From a virus, in the IMG/VR virus record IMGVR_UViG_3300045988_162879: a stretch of 42,031 bases of DNA. One strand, given 5' to 3'. The position numbers and the translations under genes were made by a program. The notes below the pieces were generated by a model that saw only the letters and a list, made by a program, of their open reading frames with translations, did no database searches and was not told where the DNA came from. Shown here piece by piece: positions 17,666 through 26,153 of the stretch (position 1 is its first letter; each line of letters begins with the position of its first letter).

Positions 17666-18766
17666 TTATCCCTTTGAGATAATTCTTGTAATAGCGATTG
17701 CCTTATCAGCAATAGCCTCAGTGCCGTCGTTAATAATGCACCAATTTGCACCGTTAGAAAGGTCATCGTTGGATGCCGAAGCTGTAAGAGATGCAGGCTT
17801 TTCAAATGAAATACCGTCAACACCGCAAATATAACGGTCACGGGTATAGAGTGTATCCTGACCGCCGTTTGTTTTAGGGTCACGGCTCATTTCGTAAGGA
17901 ACTGAATCACCGATATCATCACAAATAATTGAGCCTAAACCGAGTACATAAGATGTATGCTTGGTATAAGCATCAGCAGCCTTAATATTTTTACTTTCAT
18001 CAGCCTTAACAGCAGGAATATCCTCGGTAGGCATACCATCATCAACGAGTACCGCTCTGCCGTTCCAACTGCCAAGGGCAAGTTCTCTTGTAAGGCCATC
18101 CTTATCTGTATAAGTAAAATATTTAAGAAGTTGCAAGTTTTCAAGATTTGTAGCAATGGTACTGTCCATAATTACAAGCTTGAAAATATCCTTATTGTCG
18201 CCACAAGCTTTCTGCATAGCCGAATTAAGAGTTTTAGCACCTACATAAGCATCCTCACCCTCATTAGCAGTAATATCATATGTATGTTTGTCTATAAAGG
18301 TTTTAGCAGCCTTTGCTGCAACTGTTGAGCCTGATGTACTCATACTGTAAATACCTTTCAAGATTGCAAGAATGATATCCTGCTTAACATCAAGCTTATA
18401 ATCAGCAATCTGTTCAGCGACATTATTCATAAAGTCAACACCGGCTGTAATGTTCTTACTGAAGCTTCTTTCTGTCCAACCGTCCATTCTTGAAGCAACG
18501 ATAAAGCCCTGCTCAAAAGTAGTTGTATTGCTTGATACAATATCGGTTGCACCTGTGTTATTCTGTGAGGTTTTGCCCGAAATAGTACCGTAATATGGTA
18601 CTCTGCAATAAAGCGAGCCTGTCTGACTTGACAAAGCCTCTCTTGCCTGTTCGTTTGAACCAATAGCGCCTGACTTAGCAAGCTCCTTTTTCTTTGGGTT
18701 TGGCACACGGTCTACATACTTGCCAAATGCCTGTGGGTTAAATGATTTTGAATCAAATTTTGCCAT
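17666..18766 (-). CDS. Major capsid protein
   Basis: 366 aa, downstream of the scaffold gene, with RBS GAAAGGA. The call rests on position and size. Confidence 0.7.
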   Translation of the reverse strand: MAKFDSKSFNPQAFGKYVDRVPNPKKKELAKSGAIGSNEQAREALSSQTGSLYCRVPYYGTISGKTSQNNTGATDIVSSNTTTFEQGFIVASRMDGWTERSFSKNITAGVDFMNNVAEQIADYKLDVKQDIILAILKGIYSMSTSGSTVAAKAAKTFIDKHTYDITANEGEDAYVGAKTLNSAMQKACGDNKDIFKLVIMDSTIATNLENLQLLKYFTYTDKDGLTRELALGSWNGRAVLVDDGMPTEDIPAVKADESKNIKAADAYTKHTSYVLGLGSIICDDIGDSVPYEMSRDPKTNGGQDTLYTRDRYICGVDGISFEKPASLTASASNDDLSNGANWCIINDGTEAIADKAIAITRIISKG

Positions 18767-18787
18767 TTTTAATAATTCCTTTCACAA

Positions 18788-19402
18788 TTAAATTTTTGCA
18801 TCAGGATGTTGTTCAAGGTAGGCACACATTTCCGTATATGTCATTTTGGAGGTGTCTACCTTATGCTCACCGTCATCGTCGCCTGATTCGCCGATTTGAG
18901 CACCTTTGATTTGTGTTTTTGAATCTGCAAACAAGAATTTTGTATCATCGCTCTTAATAAGCTTTGAGATTTGTTCTTTAAGACCTTTGACCGTGCCATC
19001 ATCCGATAACTCTGCATCATCAAGATTAAGAAACGGCATAACAGCCTTAGCGTTCTTTGCTTTAGCCGAAACAAGAGCCGCTTCAACAGCCGAGTTGATT
19101 TTCAACTGCTTAATCTCGGTTTTATGAGCCTCTGCCGCATTCTTGTTTTCATCTTCAAGCTGTGCAATCTTTGTTTTAAGCCCCTCAACATCATCTGTTG
19201 AATTTTTAAGGTCTTTAAGCTGCTGATCTCGGTCACCAAGCTGTGAAGTTAGATTTTCAACTTCCTTTTTAGCTGTGTCAAGGTCCGCTTGCAGTTTTGT
19301 GACTTCACCTTTTGCTTTGCCGATGTCTTGACTGTTTTCGTCAAGTATCTTATCAACTTGCTCTTTGGTAAGTCCCATTTCTTCCAAAAACTGTCTTTTC
19401 AT
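18788..19402 (-). CDS. Scaffolding protein (GP20-like coiled coil)
   Basis: Start at ATG 19402 (MKRQFLEEMGLTKEQVDKILDENSQDIGKAKGE..). The track start is an upstream TTG. The product is strongly E/K/L-rich and helical. Confidence 0.7.
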   Translation of the reverse strand: MKRQFLEEMGLTKEQVDKILDENSQDIGKAKGEVTKLQADLDTAKKEVENLTSQLGDRDQQLKDLKNSTDDVEGLKTKIAQLEDENKNAAEAHKTEIKQLKINSAVEAALVSAKAKNAKAVMPFLNLDDAELSDDGTVKGLKEQISKLIKSDDTKFLFADSKTQIKGAQIGESGDDDGEHKVDTSKMTYTEMCAYLEQHPDAKI

Positions 19403-19491
19403 AATCAATCTTCCTTTCAGTTTGTTCTCGGTGTTTCTTTCACCATCAGAATTTTGAACTTTCGGCTTTTCTCGACTTCCGACAGGTCAAT

Positions 19492-19527
19492 ATAAAAAGA
19501 AGCCGACACAATTAAGTGTCAGCTTCT
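19492..19527 (-). terminator. Intrinsic terminator (second of a tandem pair)
   Basis: AGAAGCCGACAC-aattaa-GTGTCAGCTTCT. The one mismatch is a G.U wobble only on the minus-strand RNA. The minus strand continues TTTTTA. Confidence 0.6.
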
Positions 19528-19544
19528 AATTACTGATTTTGGGC

Positions 19545-19578
19545 ATAAAAATAGCACCTTACAAAAATGTAAAGTGCT
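19545..19578 (-). terminator. Intrinsic terminator directly after the 60-aa gene (first of a tandem pair)
   Basis: AGCACTTTACA-tttt-TGTAAGGTGCT on the minus strand, followed by ATTTTTAT. The mismatch is again a wobble only on the minus strand. The stem overlaps the TAA at 19578..19580. Confidence 0.6.
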
Positions 19579-19760
19579 TAATCTTTATTTTCATGATATT
19601 TAGCTATTTCTCTTTCACACTCAGCTATAAATTCCTCAAATTCTTCATCAACCTTTTTTTGCTCTTCTTCGGTTAAGGGCTTAGCCGTGCCAATGATTTT
19701 ACCACCCAAAGGCTGATTCCAACGCTTATCCGTATATAGCTTTTTATTATCCAAAATCAC
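19578..19760 (-). CDS. Small acidic protein translationally coupled to the MuF-ART gene (candidate immunity/antidote)
   Basis: ATGA overlap with the MuF-ART stop. 60 aa, with the E/K-rich segment EEEQKKVDEEFEEFIAECEREIAKYHENKD. Confidence 0.5.
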   Translation of the reverse strand: MILDNKKLYTDKRWNQPLGGKIIGTAKPLTEEEQKKVDEEFEEFIAECEREIAKYHENKD

Positions 19761-21370
19761 ACTTCCTTTAAATATATGTAAGTAATACCATTGCGCTTTT
19801 CTTTTTTGTATGTAACAAACTTACTTTTTCTTTTATAAAGAACTTCTTTCTCATCCAAATTAAAATAACTAATGTCTTTACCTTTTTCAGCATTTTTGAT
19901 ACAAATTTGCACCTGCGCTTCTGCGTTATACAGTTTGCCAAATGTCGTAGAAATATATTCATCAAACTGAATCTCTTTACTGACTTCAAATTTTTTGAGA
20001 AATTCATCCATTTGAGTTTCATCAAAAAAACTTACCGAACGAGTTAAATTGCCCTTATAATTTTGCATTTTGTCAAGTGCCTTGTCCAAATTTATTTTAA
20101 TCTTTTCCTCGTCCGCTGTCAATGGTAAATTATTACGCAATTTCTCATTTAGATTATAAGCTGTACTGCTTACATATTGATTTATTGCATATTCTTCATT
20201 ATAAGTTAATTTACTTTCTTTATGATCTTTTTGTTGAACAGAAGAATTAACTATCTGATTAGCTGTACTAACAACTTTGTTAAGATTTATTTTATTATTT
20301 TTTCGTATTTTAGGCTTTTGAACTATGGACTTCTTTTCCCAATCTCTGTATGTCATATCAGCAGGAACATAGTAAGTTTTGCCGTCACCGTTCCTTGCGG
20401 CTCTCATTGAGCCGTTATTGAAAAGGTCGGAGTATTCGTCATCAAAGTACGGTACGGTTATGCTCCTACACCTTGGATGAAGTGGTGGCGCTGTTGCACC
20501 CGGCATATATTCACTCATAGGAAAATGCTTTCCGTCCATTGAGCGACACATCTGCGTAGTTTTCTTATCAAGCGTTGCAAGAAATTCATATTCCTTAATA
20601 CCCATACTTTTAAACGAATCATAAGTCGCTAAAGAATGAAAATATGCTTGTTCTGTCATCACAAGATTAGCTGCCTGACTTTTTGATACATTAAACTTAT
20701 CGGATATTGCCTTAATGGCTGAATCGGGCTTATTGCCGAGCAGGACAGTCCTTGTAAGCTGATTATGTAACTCATTGACAAGCTGAGCCTTTGAACACCA
20801 TATTCTGTCCGAAAAGTTTTTACCGTCAGATGCCCAAGGCTTAGTTATAATCTTTTCAAGTGCCTTTTCGTCAATAGTGGCTATCTCTCTGCCCATATTA
20901 AAGCCTTTTTGCATTTCAAATATCGAATGATAATACGAATTTGAATAAACTTTTCTTGCCATACTGTCTACGGCATCAAGTTCATTGCCAAATGCCTTTT
21001 CAACAGCTTGCTGTGTTCGTATTTTTAAGGCTTCAAGCTTGTTGATATGATACTTAGCTGAAGCATTTTCAAGCTGCTTAACCCATTGATGATTTATAGC
21101 GTTATCTTTGCCGTATTTAATGTATTCGTTTACATCCCACTTAAATTCTGCTAATTCATCCGCTGTCAAAAGCTTTTTTGCCTCTTGCAATGTTACATTA
21201 TTATTTACGGCAATTCTGCCGTACCAAGCATCAATATCCTTTTGTATTTCCATTTGTGCCTGTGTGAATGCAGGCTCAATTTGAGCGTATGTACTTAATG
21301 AATACGAATGCGCCGACTTTTCAAGCTGCTCGTATCTTTCTTGCCAATACTCTCGGTTTTTCTTCGGCAT
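19757..21370 (-). CDS. Head morphogenesis protein (SPP1 gp7/MuF family) fused to a C-terminal ADP-ribosyltransferase domain
   Basis: MuF core: ATLDKKTTQMCRSMDGKHF..PPLHPRCRSITVPY. C-terminal ~170 aa: EYAINQYVSSTAYNLNEKLRNN, NLTRSV (Arg), YISTTF (S-T-T) and LDEKEVLY (E-x-E). Confidence 0.8.
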   Translation of the reverse strand: MPKKNREYWQERYEQLEKSAHSYSLSTYAQIEPAFTQAQMEIQKDIDAWYGRIAVNNNVTLQEAKKLLTADELAEFKWDVNEYIKYGKDNAINHQWVKQLENASAKYHINKLEALKIRTQQAVEKAFGNELDAVDSMARKVYSNSYYHSIFEMQKGFNMGREIATIDEKALEKIITKPWASDGKNFSDRIWCSKAQLVNELHNQLTRTVLLGNKPDSAIKAISDKFNVSKSQAANLVMTEQAYFHSLATYDSFKSMGIKEYEFLATLDKKTTQMCRSMDGKHFPMSEYMPGATAPPLHPRCRSITVPYFDDEYSDLFNNGSMRAARNGDGKTYYVPADMTYRDWEKKSIVQKPKIRKNNKINLNKVVSTANQIVNSSVQQKDHKESKLTYNEEYAINQYVSSTAYNLNEKLRNNLPLTADEEKIKINLDKALDKMQNYKGNLTRSVSFFDETQMDEFLKKFEVSKEIQFDEYISTTFGKLYNAEAQVQICIKNAEKGKDISYFNLDEKEVLYKRKSKFVTYKKEKRNGITYIYLKEV

Positions 21371-22875
21371 TATTCATCACCGTCGCTATTATCATTTGTG
21401 TTGTCATCTTGATTGTCATTAAAGACATTGCTATACTGCTCAATGTTCTTTTGCTTTTCCTCTTCAATGCGTTCAAGCTCTTTTTGAGGGTCATCCACCC
21501 ACGGATGCTTAGCAATAATTGTTTCGTCCGAAATAACGCCCTGTGATTTCTGACAATTCTCGATAATAATACTTTCGTTAATCATCACATTTCTGTTGAA
21601 AATAAAATCGACGGTTTCATTGCTGAAATCGCCTACATTAGTATTATATAAATGTGCATTTATAAACCAAAGCATTTCCTCTAAAGCAGCTTGTAGCTGA
21701 ATTTCAGTACCGTTAGCATCAAGGTCAATATCCGAATACATTGACTGAATGTTAAGTTCGTTAGCATTACCGCCGAGCCTGTCATCCTTAGCATCATAGC
21801 CCATAGCATTCTCAATCAAGGCTTTTTTGAGTATTTGCAAGATTGCGTTATAATTTTCAGCTTTCACCTCAATTTGAAGCGTACGAACATCACCGCCACC
21901 GCCGTCGGCAGTATTAACCTTGACTGCACCGTAAGTTGCAAGATTACGCCTAAATTCGCCAAGGTTCGTTCCGTCATAATTTACAAGTACCATAATTGTA
22001 TTTCTTACATCTTCTTCCATTGCGTTTTGGAAGTTGGATTCAATAGCATTTACTGCATCTTGTAATGATTTTATTCTTCTTATAAGCGGTATTTCCTCAG
22101 CGTTAAATTTAAAGGGAATAAAAGGTATTTTCAGCCAATTATACTCGGTTGTAACGCCGTCACAGTCGGTCATTGCGAAGTAATTTGAATGAAAAGGCGC
22201 AACAGGTATAAGATTACCGCTGTTTGTCAATTCAAAATATGTAATGCCGCCCTCATCGCACACCTCAACCCTTTCAACAACCTTATCCTCGCTTGAATTT
22301 TTTTCGTAAACTACAACAGGATAAATATGTATCATATAATCGAGTTCGGTATGCTCGGCATCTTTCCAACCGGGTATAAGCTCATACGGCTTAATTCGCT
22401 TAAAATAAAGCTCGCCAAATTGATTATGGCAAGGAAAAAGCCAACCGATACCGCAGTTAATTAAATCCTTACCGCAGTTTATAAGCGTTCTGCAAAACTT
22501 TGCGTTAAAATATTGCTGTTGCAGAAGCTTGATATATTCTTCATTATCGCCTTGAACAGTAATAGGATTGCCTAAAAGAAAATTATTCTTTTGGTCTACC
22601 ATTTTTTGATACTGATTATCAACTATTCGATTATTAGGCAGATTATCCACACTTTCAAGCTTACCGCCCTCACCTATCGCCGTTCTTTTCCTACGCAAAA
22701 TATCTTGCTTGCCTTTGTAGTAATTTTCGCCACAATACATTTCGTGGCGCTTAATTGATATTTTAAATCTGCGTATTTCTCTTTCAATAAACTGCTTATC
22801 GGTTAACTGTTCTGTTGCATTCTCTCTAATCAGTCTATCGTAAGCATCTTCATTTGCTATGAAATTAAATAACAT
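21370..22875 (-). CDS. Portal protein (SPP1 gp6-like)
   Basis: Start moved to MLFNFIANEDAY (ATG 22875), 8 nt after GGGGTGA. About 500 aa with an acidic C-terminus, between TerL and MuF. Confidence 0.8.
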   Translation of the reverse strand: MLFNFIANEDAYDRLIRENATEQLTDKQFIEREIRRFKISIKRHEMYCGENYYKGKQDILRRKRTAIGEGGKLESVDNLPNNRIVDNQYQKMVDQKNNFLLGNPITVQGDNEEYIKLLQQQYFNAKFCRTLINCGKDLINCGIGWLFPCHNQFGELYFKRIKPYELIPGWKDAEHTELDYMIHIYPVVVYEKNSSEDKVVERVEVCDEGGITYFELTNSGNLIPVAPFHSNYFAMTDCDGVTTEYNWLKIPFIPFKFNAEEIPLIRRIKSLQDAVNAIESNFQNAMEEDVRNTIMVLVNYDGTNLGEFRRNLATYGAVKVNTADGGGGDVRTLQIEVKAENYNAILQILKKALIENAMGYDAKDDRLGGNANELNIQSMYSDIDLDANGTEIQLQAALEEMLWFINAHLYNTNVGDFSNETVDFIFNRNVMINESIIIENCQKSQGVISDETIIAKHPWVDDPQKELERIEEEKQKNIEQYSNVFNDNQDDNTNDNSDGDE

Positions 22876-22923
22876 ATATTTTATCACCCCAAACAAAAAG
22901 AGCAGAGGTTAGCGCCTTTGCTC

Positions 22924-24357
22924 TTAATCAAAACTAAAATTACTTTTTGCATTGCATTTTTCTGCAACGCCTGTTATAGCATCCTGTGCATCATCGTGAG
23001 CGTTTTTACCCTCTCGTTGATACCTTACCATTGAATCGTAAAAATCAGGAAATCTGTCTTTCCAATTAGCCGGAAAGTAAATATGTTCCATTACCCAAGT
23101 GCTGTTAGATAATATTCTCGCATTTTTATTTTGCGACTGATGAAAAGGTCGGATATTACAATAATTACTATGGTATTTTTCCTCAATTATCCTTTTTACA
23201 CTTCGAGCAAATCCCCTGCCACCGTTATTACTTTCAATATCGGCATTTCTGACCTTATTATCAATGAGTATTTTTGCCGTCGCCGGTTCGGTTATTTCCA
23301 TACCGTCCTTGGTATATAAAATATCAAGGATATATGCTTCTTTGTTGTAGACACCGTAACATATACTGCATAGATAGTCACTACCCTCATCAGCTGTATC
23401 GGTATAGTTTCGTATATCCGTAAACAATGGCTTGCCTGTGCCGTCAAGTGGCAGTTTATCGTAAGTTTTAAAATTACTGTATAATCTGCCTTTAATATCG
23501 ATAGGCTCTTGCTGATAGTTAGCTGATGCAATGTCAGCACCCATTGCTTTTATCTTGTTTTCATATGATTTAAGCGACAGCACATCAGGACAAAGCATTG
23601 TGCCGTCATCCTGTTTTGCCTTATATGATATATGTCTTACCTTAACACCGATATTTTGGTAATGTTCTAAGGCTCTGCCTGCAAGGTCAAGGCTGTGCCA
23701 CCTTGTCATTACAATAATGATTTTGCCGTGTTCTTCAAGTCTTGAAAGCATTGTATTAGTAAACCATTGCCAATGTTTTTCAAGCACATCTGCGTTATAT
23801 GCTTCCATAGATGATTTAATTAAGTCATCTATAATCATAATTGATGCGCCGAAGCCTGTCGCTGTACCTGTCGGCGAAGTTGCAAGATAATTATTATAAC
23901 CATTTTCAAGCGACCACATATTCATAGCACCGTCGCCTTTTTTGATTTTCACATTAGGAAATATATCGGAATAAACAATTTTTGTGTCATCGCCTTTTTC
24001 CTCGGCTATCGTATCTCTTACGGTTTTAGAAAAGTTTGTTGAAAGCGTTTCGTTATATGAGCCTGTCATTATTTTTTCGCTTTGATTCTGCCCTAATACC
24101 CACTCAACAAAACAGCCTATCGTTCTTGACTTGCCGTGACGAGGCGGCATATTAACTATAAATACTTCATCATCCGAATAATAGAAATCTTGCAATTGAT
24201 TGCAAAAATCAACAAGAAATTGTCTGTCAGGCTTATAGAAATCGCCTGCTTTGGTATTGCAATAAGCGAAAAACGATTTTCTTGCTTGCCTTATGCTGCG
24301 TTCGTTCTTCAGTTTAAGCAATTGTTCAAGTTCTTTAAGTCTTTGCACATCATTCAT
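22924..24357 (-). CDS. terL: Terminase large subunit
   Basis: Start moved to MNDVQRL, giving an ATGAATGA overlap with the TerS stop. Walker A is NMPPRHGKSRT. MIIDDLIK and nuclease-half acidic motifs are present. Confidence 0.85.
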   Translation of the reverse strand: MNDVQRLKELEQLLKLKNERSIRQARKSFFAYCNTKAGDFYKPDRQFLVDFCNQLQDFYYSDDEVFIVNMPPRHGKSRTIGCFVEWVLGQNQSEKIMTGSYNETLSTNFSKTVRDTIAEEKGDDTKIVYSDIFPNVKIKKGDGAMNMWSLENGYNNYLATSPTGTATGFGASIMIIDDLIKSSMEAYNADVLEKHWQWFTNTMLSRLEEHGKIIIVMTRWHSLDLAGRALEHYQNIGVKVRHISYKAKQDDGTMLCPDVLSLKSYENKIKAMGADIASANYQQEPIDIKGRLYSNFKTYDKLPLDGTGKPLFTDIRNYTDTADEGSDYLCSICYGVYNKEAYILDILYTKDGMEITEPATAKILIDNKVRNADIESNNGGRGFARSVKRIIEEKYHSNYCNIRPFHQSQNKNARILSNSTWVMEHIYFPANWKDRFPDFYDSMVRYQREGKNAHDDAQDAITGVAEKCNAKSNFSFD

Positions 24358-24850
24358 CTGATATACCGAGTTTCTTTTCCAAATTTGCAATTTTCTTATT
24401 TAATTCATCATCGGATAATGATGATGTAGTATCAACTTCGCCTTTAAGGTTCAAGTCTTTTCGGTCACTCCATACATCGGGCTTACGGTTTTTAAGCCAA
24501 AAGATTTGAGCGGTTGTATCAGGTGGTACATCTCTTTCGGTTTTCTTTGCCGGCACAAGCTCGTACTCGCCTGTATCAAGATTTTTTACTCGTTCATATA
24601 TAATGTCAACTACCTTATAACCTAATGCCTTTTTAAACAAAGCATTTTCAACTTGAATATCGGCAACTTCCTTATTAACTTTTAAGGAGTAGGAAATGTC
24701 GGGGAATTTCTTTTTCCATTGTATCAAAGTATCTCTGCAAATTCCCATATTATGAGCGATTTGTTCATCAGTCAAACCGCTTTTTGCCCATCCACCGATT
24801 TGGAGCAAGCCCTCATCGGTCAGCCAATATTCATATTTACCTTTTGCCAT
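24350..24850 (-). CDS. terS: Terminase small subunit
   Basis: MAKGKYEYWLTDEGLLQIGGWAKSGLTDEQIAHNMGICRDTLIQWKKKF is an HTH. RBS is AAGGAG. It lies upstream of terL. Confidence 0.75.
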   Translation of the reverse strand: MAKGKYEYWLTDEGLLQIGGWAKSGLTDEQIAHNMGICRDTLIQWKKKFPDISYSLKVNKEVADIQVENALFKKALGYKVVDIIYERVKNLDTGEYELVPAKKTERDVPPDTTAQIFWLKNRKPDVWSDRKDLNLKGEVDTTSSLSDDELNKKIANLEKKLGISDE

Positions 24851-25013
24851 AAAGCTTACTCCTTTCGCTTATTTTATAATCAAAGCCAAGCCGTCCACAA
24901 TAATCACAACTTGTTTTACATTTTGTCTTAATGCTTTTCAGCTTATAGCCTGCACTTTCATAATTTTGCTTACACTTATAGCAAAGCGTTCTTACATTTT
25001 CATCCTTTCCCAT
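24837..25013 (-). CDS. Small zinc-ribbon-like protein (58 aa, below the ORF-track cutoff)
   Basis: MGKDENVRTLCYKCKQNYESAGYKLKSIKTKCKTSCDYCGRLGFDYKISERSKLYGKR has CxxC...CxxC. The RBS is weak (GAGTGA). It overlaps the terS start by 14 nt. Confidence 0.35.
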   Translation of the reverse strand: MGKDENVRTLCYKCKQNYESAGYKLKSIKTKCKTSCDYCGRLGFDYKISERSKLYGKR

Positions 25014-25026
25014 TTAATCACTCGCA

Positions 25027-25063
25027 TAAAAATAAGCAGTGAGTATATTTCAACTCACTGCTT
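25027..25063 (-). terminator. Strong intrinsic terminator between the late regulator and the packaging genes
   Basis: An 11-bp perfect stem, AAGCAGTGAGT-(8 nt)-ACTCACTGCTT, is followed on the minus strand by ATTTTTAT. Confidence 0.75.
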
Positions 25064-25089
25064 CAAGGGGATTTATATAATTTTATAAG

Positions 25090-25117
25090 TATATAATATC
25101 ACAAACCTATCGTTCAA
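25090..25117 (-). promoter_or_regulatory. Candidate late promoter just upstream of the terminator
   Basis: The minus strand reads TTGAAC (25117..25112), a 16-nt spacer, then TATATA (25095..25090). The context is AT-rich, so the assignment is tentative. Confidence 0.35.
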
Positions 25118-25142
25118 TTCTATTCTTTTTGTTCGGATTTTG

Positions 25143-25520
25143 CTATTTTCCAAAATATTTTTTCAGTCTTTCGTAAATAGTAGATTTTGAATAATTAAGA
25201 ATTTTAGCAGTTTCGTCATAGCTTTTTCCAAAACAACAATGTTGAATAACAATAGCCTTTACCACCTCGTTATCAATACTGTTTATGTAATCGTTTAGGG
25301 CTTTCAGCTTTTCACAAAGCCGTTTATACTCGTCTTTAACAAACTGATTGATTTCGAGCATTTCAAACGCTGTATCGGCTGTGCTGTCGGCTATATTAAA
25401 GCTTTGAACATTGCTCTTAGTTGTATCAACGCCTTTAATGAATGAGGGTATATACTCATGGCGAAACGATTGTATTTGATTAGCTATAACCGAATACTCT
25501 TCAAGTTCTTTAAGTGTCAT
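25143..25520 (-). CDS. Late-gene transcriptional regulator candidate (sigma region-4-like/DUF1492- or RinA/ArpU-like)
   Basis: The C-terminal HTH is GKSYDETAKILNYSKSTIYERLKKYF. It is the last gene before the packaging module. Confidence 0.55.
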   Translation of the reverse strand: MTLKELEEYSVIANQIQSFRHEYIPSFIKGVDTTKSNVQSFNIADSTADTAFEMLEINQFVKDEYKRLCEKLKALNDYINSIDNEVVKAIVIQHCCFGKSYDETAKILNYSKSTIYERLKKYFGK

Positions 25521-25741
25521 TGCTTACCTCCTGTCGATTGTCTGACAGTTTCGTTTCTTATAAATTGTTGAAGTTCTCTAAAACAACGCTCACACATATC
25601 AAGCTTTGTCCATTTGGGTGGGTCAGGCTCAAAAAATTGAGTAAGATAGTTATTACGGCGTTCGAATTTATATCTTTTCCTTGCATTCGTAATGTCTTTA
25701 TGACATACATCACATTCAATTTCAATTATTTTTCGTTTCAT
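25517..25741 (-). CDS. Small zinc-ribbon protein
   Basis: CDVC...CERC pairs. It has an ATGA overlap with the downstream gene. Confidence 0.5.
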   Translation of the reverse strand: MKRKIIEIECDVCHKDITNARKRYKFERRNNYLTQFFEPDPPKWTKLDMCERCFRELQQFIRNETVRQSTGGKQ

Positions 25742-25805
25742 TTTTCTACCTCACTTTTAAGCCAATTTGCGAATCCTAATCTACGATATGTACAATAACA
25801 ATCAG

Positions 25806-26153
25806 TCATAATAAACACCCTATTTCTTCAAATGTTTTAAGTATTTTAGGAAATTGAATTGCAATCCAATCAATCATAGTTTCTTCGTGACCCCATTGAT
25901 TTGCGTGTTCAAAATTGCTTTGTAAACCACTTTCCGATAAGTAAGCGTGTATGATTTCGTGCCTTGTAACTTTCCTCTTGTATTCTTCTAAATCAGAAAG
26001 TTTGGACGGATTTTTTTCATCACTTTTACAATCTCGTACAACAATTCTTTTAATTGAGGTATCACAAAAGCCGTCAACCTGTTCAAGATATGGATAATCT
26101 TGTTCATTTCCTTGTACGATTTCGTATTCAGTTCCTAATATATTTACTTTCAT
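25806..26153 (-). CDS. Small HExxH zinc-metallopeptidase-like protein
   Basis: VTRHEIIHAYLSESG..WGHEE. It overlaps the upstream GIY-YIG gene by 4 nt. Confidence 0.55.
   Translation of the reverse strand: MKVNILGTEYEIVQGNEQDYPYLEQVDGFCDTSIKRIVVRDCKSDEKNPSKLSDLEEYKRKVTRHEIIHAYLSESGLQSNFEHANQWGHEETMIDWIAIQFPKILKTFEEIGCLL

Noticed and set aside
22898-22925. Hairpin AAGAGCAGAGG-N6-CCTTTGCTCTT between terL and the portal gene as a terminator.
   Set aside because: On the minus (coding) strand the stem contains an A.C mismatch. A terminator between terL and the portal gene makes little sense. I keep it only as a possible mRNA stability element, and it is not listed as a feature.
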